Source: Candidatus Saccharimonadota bacterium | Lineage (GTDB): Bacteria > Patescibacteriota > Patescibacteriia > 2-12-FULL-60-25 | Assembly: GCA_016699205.1 (NCBI GenBank) | Contig: CP064964.1 | Coordinates: 930,001 to 962,000 of the forward strand | Direction: 5' to 3' | DNA: 32,000 nt | Shown: positions 16,875-24,521 of the stretch, piece after piece | Layout: each line of letters starts with the position of its first letter | Position numbering within the stretch: the stretch's first letter is position 1 | Notes under the pieces: model-generated | Databases searched by the model: none | Seen by the model: the letters and a program-made list of their open reading frames with translations, nothing else | Told to the model about the DNA's origin: nothing | Program-made: the position numbers and the translations under genes

Positions 16875-18050
16875 ATGACTATCGTCATGATCGGCCAAAA
16901 GGGCTTGCCGGCTCGTTCCGGCGGTATCGAGCGCCACGTAGAAGTACTGGCGCGCGGACTTGTATCACGCGGACATCGCGTGGTCGTTTTTGGACGTGCT
17001 TGGTATGTGGGTGGAAGCCGCGCCCCGGCTGGCGTTGAGCAGATTATTACCTCCGGAATTCGCACCAAGCATTTGGATGCCATTACCCATGGAATCACCG
17101 CGCTTTGGCGCGCTCGTTCACTGAAGGCTGAGATCGTGCATTTGCATGGCACGGGTATTGCTTTGCTTACCCCGCTCGCGCGTTTGATGATGCCAAAGAG
17201 CAAGGTTGTTGTGACCTTTCACTGTATCGACCGCGTGCTCGCCAAGTGGAATGGTTTTGCCAAACTCGCTTTCCGTGTTGGTGAATGGCTTGCTTGTCAG
17301 GCTAGCCATCGCACGATTGCCGTTTCTGAAACGCTTGCGCGTTACTGTTTGGATACGTATGGCACGCAAACGGCTTACGTCTCTCATCCGATTCCAGAAC
17401 CGGAGCCTATCGGCGATGAAGGAGCTTTGTCTGCCAATGGTTTGCAAAAGGATCGTTATTTCTTGTTTGTTGGCCGATTGATTCCCGATAAGCAGGCGCA
17501 TGTGTTGGTTGAGGCTTATAATCGCGCACGCAAAATCCGTCCTGATTTGTTGGTGGAACGCCCGCTTGTCCTTGTTGGCGGTGCTTCTTGGACCGATCGT
17601 TACGCGACTTGGTTGTGTGGTCTCGCTGCTCGTGCGCCGGGTGTCATGATGCTTGGTGAAAAGAGCGGCCGTGAATTGACGGCGCTTCAGGCAAATGCGC
17701 TGGCCCACGTTTTTCCGACGGCTAGCGAAGGCTTGTCACTCGCGGTTGTTGAAGCCTGTCAGCATCGCCGCGCGATTATCGCCACGGATATTCCGGGAAA
17801 TCGTGAAGCGACTGGCGGTCATATGAAGGCGGTTCCATCACGCGATGTAGAAGCTTTGGCTGATGCGCTGATTGAGCTTGCAGGGCAGAGTGCTGCGCAG
17901 CGCATGGAAATGGGTTCGCGCGCGCACGCCTATGTGGCACGCGTTCACAGCGTTGAAGATCGCATGGATGATTTGATCCGCGTCTATCAAACGACGTTGA
18001 ATGGCCATACGGAACTTGTTAGCCAGCCGCTTCTCGGAGCGAGTTTCTAA
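16875..18050 (+). CDS. Glycosyltransferase family 4
   Basis: N-terminal IVMIGQKGLPARSGGIERHV and the C-terminal EX7E region SEGLSLAVVEACQHRRAIIATDIPGNRE. 391 aa. Confidence 0.9.
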   Translation: MTIVMIGQKGLPARSGGIERHVEVLARGLVSRGHRVVVFGRAWYVGGSRAPAGVEQIITSGIRTKHLDAITHGITALWRARSLKAEIVHLHGTGIALLTPLARLMMPKSKVVVTFHCIDRVLAKWNGFAKLAFRVGEWLACQASHRTIAVSETLARYCLDTYGTQTAYVSHPIPEPEPIGDEGALSANGLQKDRYFLFVGRLIPDKQAHVLVEAYNRARKIRPDLLVERPLVLVGGASWTDRYATWLCGLAARAPGVMMLGEKSGRELTALQANALAHVFPTASEGLSLAVVEACQHRRAIIATDIPGNREATGGHMKAVPSRDVEALADALIELAGQSAAQRMEMGSRAHAYVARVHSVEDRMDDLIRVYQTTLNGHTELVSQPLLGASF

Positions 18051-18056
18051 CAAAAT

Positions 18057-18088
18057 AAAAACGACCCGATTTATTCCGGGTCGTTTTT
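18057..18088. terminator. Bidirectional rho-independent terminator
   Basis: aaaaacgacccg (18057-68) / cgggtcgttttt (18077-88), flanked by A and T runs. The stop codon of the convergent HTH gene lies in the loop. Confidence 0.75.
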
Positions 18089-18373
18089 ATTTTCCGGTGG
18101 GCGGGGAGAGTATTTCAGATTTTTCATACGCCATTGATCGACCCATTGGCCGATGCCTTGTTCGTCGCGTTTATTCCTTACTTTGGTTTGAGCTTGCGAC
18201 CAAGTGACCAGAGATGGAAAGGAGATTTTATAACGCCCCCGAACAACGATGTATCGAAGCTCTTGGGCAGTGATGGCTCGGCGGATGGTGCGTGGATTTA
18301 CGCCAAAGAGTCTTGCCGCCTCGCTGACGGTGACACGAACGATATTTTCTTTGTTTTGGGACAGCTCAGGCAT
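18071..18373 (-). CDS. Helix-turn-helix DNA-binding protein (excisionase/MerR-like HTH_17 type)
   Basis: VTVSEAARLFGVNPRTIRRAITAQELRYIVVRGRYKI matches the excisionase-family HTH pattern. 100 aa. Divergent from the ECF sigma gene. Confidence 0.7.
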   Translation of the reverse strand: MPELSQNKENIVRVTVSEAARLFGVNPRTIRRAITAQELRYIVVRGRYKISFPSLVTWSQAQTKVRNKRDEQGIGQWVDQWRMKNLKYSPRPPENKNDPE

Positions 18374-18481
18374 GGCTTGAAGTTAGCGCTTTTTTCTATT
18401 TCTGTCTAGTATATTGTGGACTTAACTATATAAAAATGCTTTGTTTTTGCGAATTTTCTAATAAAAATAAGCCTTTTCAGC

Positions 18482-18510
18482 TTGCGAAAAAGCCCTTTTA
18501 GAGCTAATAT
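18482..18510 (+). promoter_or_regulatory. Sigma-70-type promoter TTGCGA-17 nt-TAATAT for the sigma factor gene
   Basis: -35 at 18482-87 and -10 at 18505-10. SD GGAGGGG at 18536-42, 7 nt before ATG 18550. Confidence 0.5.
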
Positions 18511-18549
18511 CCCTAAACTCCTTGCAGTGGTTTTTGGAGGGGAAATCGC

Positions 18550-19113
18550 ATGAGCCAGCTCATCGACCAATACCAACTGTATCGCGTGCGCACACGGCGT
18601 GACGCGGACGCATTTGCTAGCCTATACGACCGGTATATCACATCGATATACCGGTTCGTTTACTTAAAATTACCGTCTCGTGAAGCCGCGGAAGATGTCA
18701 CGTCCGAGACGTTTCTTCGTTTTTGGAATGCGATTCTTCAGAATACGGAAATCCGCAATGTTAGAGCCTTTCTCTACCAGATTGCTCGTAACTTGGTTGT
18801 CGACTTTTATCGCAAAGAAGAGGCTCAAAAGCAGGCGGTTGTAACAACTGATGAGGAATATACGTCTACTGTTAATGAAGGGTTGGTATCGGATCGAGGG
18901 CGTGATCAGAGGCTGATCGAGGCTCGCGTCGATTTACGCATTGTTCTTGAGAGAATCGAGAAATTGAAAGAAGACTATCGCGATGTGTTGACCTTGCGGT
19001 TAATCGACGGACTCGGGTTTGCGGATATCGCACTCGTCCTCGATAAAACGCCGGGACATGTCAGAGTCATCTATCACCGAGCGATTAAAGCGCTCGACAA
19101 ACTTTCCCCCTAA
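18550..19113 (+). CDS. RNA polymerase sigma factor, sigma-70 family, ECF subfamily
   Basis: Region 2 (IYRFVYLKLPSREAAEDVTSETFLRFW) and region 4 HTH (LTLRLIDGLGFADIALVLDKTPGHVRVIYHRAIKAL). 187 aa. Confidence 0.92.
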   Translation: MSQLIDQYQLYRVRTRRDADAFASLYDRYITSIYRFVYLKLPSREAAEDVTSETFLRFWNAILQNTEIRNVRAFLYQIARNLVVDFYRKEEAQKQAVVTTDEEYTSTVNEGLVSDRGRDQRLIEARVDLRIVLERIEKLKEDYRDVLTLRLIDGLGFADIALVLDKTPGHVRVIYHRAIKALDKLSP

Positions 19114-19114
19114 C

Positions 19115-20308
19115 ATGACCAAGCGCGACTTACTCCGTAAATTGCAATCCGTCCGATCGGCGGAGCGCGGCATCGTGCCTGATGCGGAGTTTGTGTTGCG
19201 TACGCGCGAGAATTTATTGATGCAGGTTCGCAACACATTGCCGACGCGCCCTGTGGCGATGCCGGCTCGTGCCAAGCTTGCTCTCAATCATTTGGTTCCG
19301 GAGCGTTTGATGAATTTGGTTCGTGCTCCGGCCTTGGCTACGCTTTCCGTCATCGTCACGGTTTTCGGCGGATCGATTTTTAGCGTGTCGGCTTCGGATC
19401 GTTCTCTGCCTGGTGACTTTTTGTATCCGATCAAGATCGCGACAGAACAAACTCGTTTGGTGTTTACCTCAGGCAAACTTGAAAAGCTTAAGCTTAAGTC
19501 TGAGTTCGTAGATCGTCGTGTGGATGAAATTAAGACATTGGCTACTGCTACCGACCCAGAGCAGCCGGTGCGTTTGAAGCAGGCTGCGGAAGTTTTGAAG
19601 CGGGATTTGAATACGGTAAAAAACCAGCTCTCGGAGGTGAAGTCGGATACGACTCCGGAAACAGCTGATGCTGTTAAGCTTGTTGATAAACAGAGTGAGC
19701 AAATCATTGAGGATTTGAAACTTGTCAGGGATGAAGCACCGGAAGAGGTGAAGAGTAGCTTGGCTGAGGCAGAAGTTGCTGCTGTGCACACAGGTGTTAC
19801 GGCTTTTGAGGTTTTACTTGAGGCGAGCAATGATCCAGATAGCCAGTGGGTGGTGAGCGAGTCGGATATCCTTGATTCGATCAACAAGAAGGTTGATAGC
19901 ATCTCTGCTACTTTGTCCGGTTCTGCTGATAAGTTGCGCTTGGTTAGTGCTTCTAGTACTATCCTACCGATTAATACACAGGCAACTGGGACAGGGGATA
20001 ACCTATTGCTGGGAATGACGAGCACCACTGTCGGACAACTGAATGCCGCTAGCAGCACGTTGCAAGAAGCTCGTGTGCTTTTGAGCGAAAATAAATTAAG
20101 TGAGGTGTCCGGTAAGCTTTTGGAAGCTGCCAAGGCTGTCGCTGAAGCGGAGGTGTCGACGAACAACCTTGTTGCTTCCAGCACGCAAGCGATTCCATCT
20201 CCAGTCACTCCTTCGTCCGAGGGAATGGGAGATGCTTCTACTTCTACGACGCCTGTCACGAGCACCGCGTCTTCTTCTGCATCGTCGACAATGACGAGCC
20301 CACCATAA
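19115..20308 (+). CDS. Single-pass membrane protein with DUF5667-like extracytoplasmic domain, putative anti-sigma factor
   Basis: ATG 19115 lies 1 nt after the sigma stop. TM segment PALATLSVIVTVFGGSIFSV (aa ~72-91). PGDFLYPIKIATEQTRL resembles the DUF5667 motif, followed by a long helical Glu/Lys/Ala region and a Ser/Thr/Pro tail. No zinc anti-sigma motif was seen, so the anti-sigma role rests on position alone. Confidence 0.7.
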   Translation: MTKRDLLRKLQSVRSAERGIVPDAEFVLRTRENLLMQVRNTLPTRPVAMPARAKLALNHLVPERLMNLVRAPALATLSVIVTVFGGSIFSVSASDRSLPGDFLYPIKIATEQTRLVFTSGKLEKLKLKSEFVDRRVDEIKTLATATDPEQPVRLKQAAEVLKRDLNTVKNQLSEVKSDTTPETADAVKLVDKQSEQIIEDLKLVRDEAPEEVKSSLAEAEVAAVHTGVTAFEVLLEASNDPDSQWVVSESDILDSINKKVDSISATLSGSADKLRLVSASSTILPINTQATGTGDNLLLGMTSTTVGQLNAASSTLQEARVLLSENKLSEVSGKLLEAAKAVAEAEVSTNNLVASSTQAIPSPVTPSSEGMGDASTSTTPVTSTASSSASSTMTSPP

Positions 20309-20557
20309 AGGCAGCGAACCCTGTTCTCTCGCGAACAGGGCGACCCTGCCCCAAAAAGGTAGAGCCGTCCTGACGAGCGGGAGAACTCTCGAGCAATCGG
20401 GAATTACCCCTTTCGCTCGCGCTCGAAAAAACAACCACTTTGGCGTCAAGGTCGACACCTCGTTATGCGAGGCTGGCCAGAGTCGCAATTATTAACCACG
20501 CCCCACTAGGATTCGCACGGATCCTCCGGGCCTAGAATCCCGTAAGGGATTCACACT
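20309..20557 (+). promoter_or_regulatory. 249-nt GC-rich structured non-coding spacer upstream of the surface-protein gene (promoter and/or long 5' UTR)
   Basis: No credible ORF. Hairpins at 20319-20340 (8 bp), 20458-20472 (5 bp) and 20535-20552 (7 bp, GUAA tetraloop covering AAGGGA). TAGAAT at 20533-38. Confidence 0.4.
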
Positions 20558-23500
20558 ATGAATTTTCTCAAAAAACTTTTCTCCAGCTTCGTCGCTTTGA
20601 CGACCATCGCATGGTCTGTCGGCGTTGGCAGCCTTGCTCTCCCCAGCATGGCCTCCGCAGCTGTTGCCGGTGAGCTTATTAAGGCTTCTGGTCCTGCTGT
20701 TTACTACTACGCTAGCGATGCTAAGCGCTATGTCTTCCCTAACGAGAAGACATACTTCTCTTGGTACATGAACTTCAATTCCGTACGGACCATTACGGAC
20801 TCGGAGCTCGCCTCGATCATGATTGGTGGCAACGTCACCATTCGTCCGGGCACGAACCTCGTGAAGATCACGACTGATCCGAAGGTCTACGCCGTTGCCC
20901 CTAATGGCGTTCTCCGCTGGATCGAATCCGAAGCGATCGCCATCACGCTTTACGGAGCCTCCTGGGCTTCCCGTGTTGTCGACGTTCCGGATGGCTTCTT
21001 TGTCAACTACTCCGTTGGTTCGTCGATCTCGACGGCCCAGCATCCGGACGGCATGGTCATCACCTACGCTGGTGATTCCAACCGCTATGTCGTTTGGGGT
21101 GGCATGAAGCGCAAGCTTGTTGACCCGGCCTTCGCCGCCAACAACTTCAACCCGATGTACGTCATCACCACCGCGGTTTCATACCCGAATGGTACGGACG
21201 TCACCGGTCGCGAGTCAGCTTTGGCTGATGTCGTCGCCCCTGGTGCAACCACGGTCGGTGGCTCGGTTTCCGCTGCTCTCGCTTCGGACACTCCGGCAGG
21301 ACAGAACGTCCCGCAGGGTGCTTCGAGCATTCAGCTCGCTAAGTACAACTTGACCGCCGGTTCCGCTGGTGTCTTGATCACGGGTCTCTCCCTCCGCCGC
21401 GTTGGCGTTGGTGCTTCCGGTGACTTCGCTAACGTCTACCTCTACAAGGGCGACGGTACGCGCTTGACCACGGGCCGCACGATCAACAGCTCCACCAACT
21501 TGGTGCAGTTCAACGGTTTGAACCTCTCCATCGGAGCTGGTCAGACCTACTCGGTTGTGCTTGTCGGTGACACCAACTCATCTCTTACGGCTGGTGGCCA
21601 GCACTCGTTCGAAATTTCGGACGCTGCTTCCGTCGTCGTGAGCGGTACGGGTTCCTCGGTCTCGGGTTCCTTCCCGATCCGCGGTAACGTCTTCACCATC
21701 GGTACGACCTCGGCTTCCCGCCTTGATGTACAGAAGGGTACGACGCCAACCAACCCACAGATTGGTTCCACAGAAGCTGAAATCTCCAACTTCAAGCTCG
21801 TTGCCCAGGGCAATGACATTGAAGTCCGCCGCGTTACCCTTCTTCAGACGGGTGACATCTCCAACGCTGATCTCACCAACCTCAAGCTCTACCAGGGCTC
21901 GACCCAGGTTGCGATGACCCCGTCTCTTGCGGGTGACAAGATCGTGTTGAACTTCAGCCCGGCTTACCTCGTGACCGACGGTACGACCCGCGTCTTCTCG
22001 CTTAAGGCGAACGTCGCTGGCCGCTCTGGTCGCACGATCAAGACCTACGTCGAGTACTCGACGGACGTCTACGCCATCGACACGGAATTTGGTACGGGTG
22101 CTCGCGTCTGTATTGACTCGACCTCGCCATGTGCCGGTACGTTTGATGGTACGAGCTCGAACTTCATCACTGTGACGACCGAAGGCGGTCAGTTCACGAC
22201 GACCTACAATGGACCGGCTACGTCGGACATTGCCAAGGGTTCGCAGGATGTTCAGCTCTTCAAGTTCGCTGTCACCGCTTCCGACAGCATGCTCGAAGTC
22301 CGCAAGATGTACTTCACTCTTACGGGTCTTACTTCCAACGACAAGGTCAAGGGTAACTTGGCCACGGAGTACTTCCGCGATTTGAAGATCAAGAACCTCG
22401 ACACGGGCGCGACTCTTATGGGTCCGATCTCCTTGCCGACGGGCTTGGCCAACGCCTCGCAGTCCTCTGGTGTCATGACCTTCACCGACTCCTTCAACGT
22501 TAACGCCGGTCAGACTTTGAACCTCGCGTTCACGGCTGACTTGACGAACAGCGCTGACGACGTCTCTGGTGAATTTGCCGATGACGGCAACAACCAGTAT
22601 CGCGCGATCATGGGTTCCGGCGGCACATTGTTTGGTGCTTCCGATATCCGTATCGTCGACACGGGTGAATTCCTCCCGGTCACCGAAATCGTCCCGAACA
22701 CCACCATCAACGGTAACCCGATGACGGTGAAGGCCTCCTCGCTCTCGATCTCTCTCGCTGCTTCTCCGACGGCCGGCACGGCTGTTAAGAAGGAAGCGAT
22801 GATCCCGACGGCTGGCTTTGTGTTCACGGCCGGTTCCCAGAGCCAGATCTTGATTCGCTCGGTCAAGCTCACGGGCCGCGCTGACGTTACCGCCACCGGT
22901 ACGTACGCCCTCGCCGACTTGAACGACGCCATCACCTCCTGTGCTCTCTTCGACGGATCGACCCAGGTCGGTAACGCCGAATCCCCGGATGGCACCACTG
23001 GCGCCATGAACATCACGAACGTGAATGTCACGGTTCCTCAGGGTTCCTCCAAGACGCTCGTTGCCAAGTGTACGGCTGACTCAGTCGTCGCTTCGCAGTG
23101 GGACAAATTTGCCGTCGGTATCGCCGCAGCTGGCGACGTCACGGCTGATGACCAGGACTCCAACACGGTAACCCCGACGTTGAGCGCCTCGGTCAGCGGT
23201 AACGCAGGCGCCACCCCTTCATTGGTCCAGACGGTCATGAACGGCGGTACGCTTACGATTGCTACGGACAACCTTCGCCAGTCGACGATTCTCGTTGCTG
23301 GTGGTGATGTCTGGCAGAACCTTGCTCAGTTCAAGGCCACGGCTCAGTTTGAAGCTATGAAGCTTGAACGTGTTGCTGTCACCTCTACGGGTGATGCCGC
23401 CAACTTCTCGATGATTGCCATCGCTAAGGACGGCGTGGTTGCTGGCTCGGACATTCTTCCGTCGGGCGTCGCTGCGACGCGCGACATTGACCTGACGGCT

Positions 23501-24439
23501 TCGCCGATCATGGTTCCGAAGGATGGCTCGGTCACCTTCCAGCTTTGGGGTAAGATCGGAAATGTGCAGTCTTCCTCGTCGGTCTCCGGCGCCACCACGG
23601 GTGTCGTCCGCTCCGGCAACCAGGTCACGCTCGGCTTGAACGCCGGTCTTGTGACGGGTAACTGGGATGCTTCATACTCCGGTATGTTCAACGTCCGCAC
23701 GGTTGGTCTCGCTTCCGGAGACCTTGTTTACTCGGCCGGTTCGGCTACGGTTGGCAACGCATTTGTCATCCGCAAGTCCAAGCCGACGGTAACCCGCCAG
23801 ACGCTCTCAACCACGACGCTTGCCAACGGTTCCTCGCAGGACCTCTACCGCATGCAAGTCTCGGCTGACAGCGCTGGTTCCGTGGCTGTCAAGAAGATCA
23901 GCTTCGACTTCTCGAAGACTGGCTCCACGACTCTCACGAACTTCCGCGTTCGTAAGGGTTCGACAGACATGAACCTTGCTGACTACGCGATCGTCGATGC
24001 CAACGGCACCGATCTTGAGGCTGGTTCCCTCGTTGCCGGTACCTCCACGGGCCGCATCGTTGTGACCTTCACCAACGAAGAAACCATCACGGGCTCCGGT
24101 AACGTGTACACCTTGTACGCCACCCCGGCTGGCGCGGTTGCCAGCGACACGGTCAGCATTGCCCCGACGCGTAACCTCGCTGGTACGATCTTGACGGGCT
24201 ACATCGATGAAGAAGTGATTGCTGGTACTGGTTTGACCAATGCCACCTTCAACATGCCGGGTGCAAACCTTGACACGGCATCTTCACCGGATGGTACGGC
24301 CGACGCGGCTGGTACCTTCGTGTGGTCCGACCTCTCCGAAGTTCCGCACTCGTTTGCGGCCTCCGGTGCTGGTTCCTACGACTGGACGAACGACGTCTTC
24401 GTAGAAGACCTCACGCAGACCCAGACCTTGACTCGCTAA
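20558..24439 (+). CDS. Secreted S-layer-like surface protein (1,293 aa): signal peptide, N-terminal 3x sub-repeat module, six divergent beta-sandwich-like repeats
   Basis: Signal peptide KKLFSSFVALTTIAWSVGVGSLALPSMASA|A. Thr/Ser/Gly/Ala/Val-rich with only 4 Cys. Repeat period is ~150-185 aa. Strong C-ending codon bias. A 14-bp-stem terminator follows directly downstream. Confidence 0.85.
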   Translation: MNFLKKLFSSFVALTTIAWSVGVGSLALPSMASAAVAGELIKASGPAVYYYASDAKRYVFPNEKTYFSWYMNFNSVRTITDSELASIMIGGNVTIRPGTNLVKITTDPKVYAVAPNGVLRWIESEAIAITLYGASWASRVVDVPDGFFVNYSVGSSISTAQHPDGMVITYAGDSNRYVVWGGMKRKLVDPAFAANNFNPMYVITTAVSYPNGTDVTGRESALADVVAPGATTVGGSVSAALASDTPAGQNVPQGASSIQLAKYNLTAGSAGVLITGLSLRRVGVGASGDFANVYLYKGDGTRLTTGRTINSSTNLVQFNGLNLSIGAGQTYSVVLVGDTNSSLTAGGQHSFEISDAASVVVSGTGSSVSGSFPIRGNVFTIGTTSASRLDVQKGTTPTNPQIGSTEAEISNFKLVAQGNDIEVRRVTLLQTGDISNADLTNLKLYQGSTQVAMTPSLAGDKIVLNFSPAYLVTDGTTRVFSLKANVAGRSGRTIKTYVEYSTDVYAIDTEFGTGARVCIDSTSPCAGTFDGTSSNFITVTTEGGQFTTTYNGPATSDIAKGSQDVQLFKFAVTASDSMLEVRKMYFTLTGLTSNDKVKGNLATEYFRDLKIKNLDTGATLMGPISLPTGLANASQSSGVMTFTDSFNVNAGQTLNLAFTADLTNSADDVSGEFADDGNNQYRAIMGSGGTLFGASDIRIVDTGEFLPVTEIVPNTTINGNPMTVKASSLSISLAASPTAGTAVKKEAMIPTAGFVFTAGSQSQILIRSVKLTGRADVTATGTYALADLNDAITSCALFDGSTQVGNAESPDGTTGAMNITNVNVTVPQGSSKTLVAKCTADSVVASQWDKFAVGIAAAGDVTADDQDSNTVTPTLSASVSGNAGATPSLVQTVMNGGTLTIATDNLRQSTILVAGGDVWQNLAQFKATAQFEAMKLERVAVTSTGDAANFSMIAIAKDGVVAGSDILPSGVAATRDIDLTASPIMVPKDGSVTFQLWGKIGNVQSSSSVSGATTGVVRSGNQVTLGLNAGLVTGNWDASYSGMFNVRTVGLASGDLVYSAGSATVGNAFVIRKSKPTVTRQTLSTTTLANGSSQDLYRMQVSADSAGSVAVKKISFDFSKTGSTTLTNFRVRKGSTDMNLADYAIVDANGTDLEAGSLVAGTSTGRIVVTFTNEETITGSGNVYTLYATPAGAVASDTVSIAPTRNLAGTILTGYIDEEVIAGTGLTNATFNMPGANLDTASSPDGTADAAGTFVWSDLSEVPHSFAASGAGSYDWTNDVFVEDLTQTQTLTR
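20669..21202 (+). other. N-terminal module: three ~55-60-aa sub-repeats, homologous to the C-terminus of the 1928..5107 protein
   Basis: GELIKASGPAVYYYASDAKRYVFPNEKTYFSWY..VRTITDSELASIMIGGNVTIRPG / TNLVKITTDPKVYAVAPNGVLRWIESEAIAITLYGASWASRVVDVPDGFFVNY / DGMVITYAGDSNRYVVWGGMKRKLVDPAFAANNF. Confidence 0.7.
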
Positions 24440-24460
24440 TCGTTAGCGCCGTCATCAGTC

Positions 24461-24492
24461 AAACAAACACCGCCTTCGGGCGGTGTTTGTTT
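24461..24492 (+). terminator. Very strong rho-independent terminator (14-bp stem, UUCG loop)
   Basis: aaacaaacaccgcc (24461-74) ttcg ggcggtgtttgttt (24479-92), followed by tgtgtttg. Confidence 0.85.
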
Positions 24493-24500
24493 TGTGTTTG

Positions 24501-24509
24501 TGCTATGCT
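24501..24509 (+). promoter_or_regulatory. Extended -10 TGcTATGCT, 12 nt upstream of ATG 24522
   Basis: TG at 24501-02 and TATGCT at 24504-09. This is the same hexamer as the 16836 -10 box. Confidence 0.3.
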
Positions 24510-24521
24510 GGGGCGGATTCT

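Noticed and set aside
19288-20265. A 325-codon antisense ORF lying entirely inside the DUF5667-like gene.
   Set aside because: Its product is low-complexity Ser/Thr/Leu/Ala with no start context, SD or -10 box. The sense strand has the TM segment, the DUF5667-like motif and tight coupling to the sigma gene. The antisense frame stays open because the sense protein is poor in Tyr, His and Gln codons that would create antisense stops. It is a shadow ORF.
20368-20432. A hammerhead-ribozyme-like string CUGACGAG ... CGCUCGAAAAAAC in the spacer.
   Set aside because: When CUGANGA and GAAA are fixed as the core, the flanking bases do not form the required stem II (G10.1-C11.1 pairs but the next pair is C-U). 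No stem I/III with a cleavable UH site could be drawn. The match is to short motifs only.
20505-20530. A tRNA T-arm-like string ggattcgcacggatcc, raising the possibility of a tRNA or tmRNA fragment in the spacer.
   Set aside because: It does not match GGTTCGAATCC. No acceptor, D or anticodon arms can be drawn around it.
20492-23700. Multiple long minus-strand ORFs (for example 20492..21043, 22510..23031, 23344..23700) and off-frame plus-strand ORFs inside the surface-protein gene.
   Set aside because: They are a by-product of the strong GC3/C-ending codon bias of the 20558..24439 CDS. Their products are Arg/Pro/Ser-rich or otherwise non-protein-like, and none has expression signals.
24483-24521. 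The track start (24483) of the Wzy_C ORF.
   Set aside because: These codons lie within the 3' arm and U-tract of the upstream terminator and encode MFVLCLCYAGADS. ATG 24522 (MNRSQAIKFFK...) is downstream of a TGcTATGCT element and begins the first TM segment properly.
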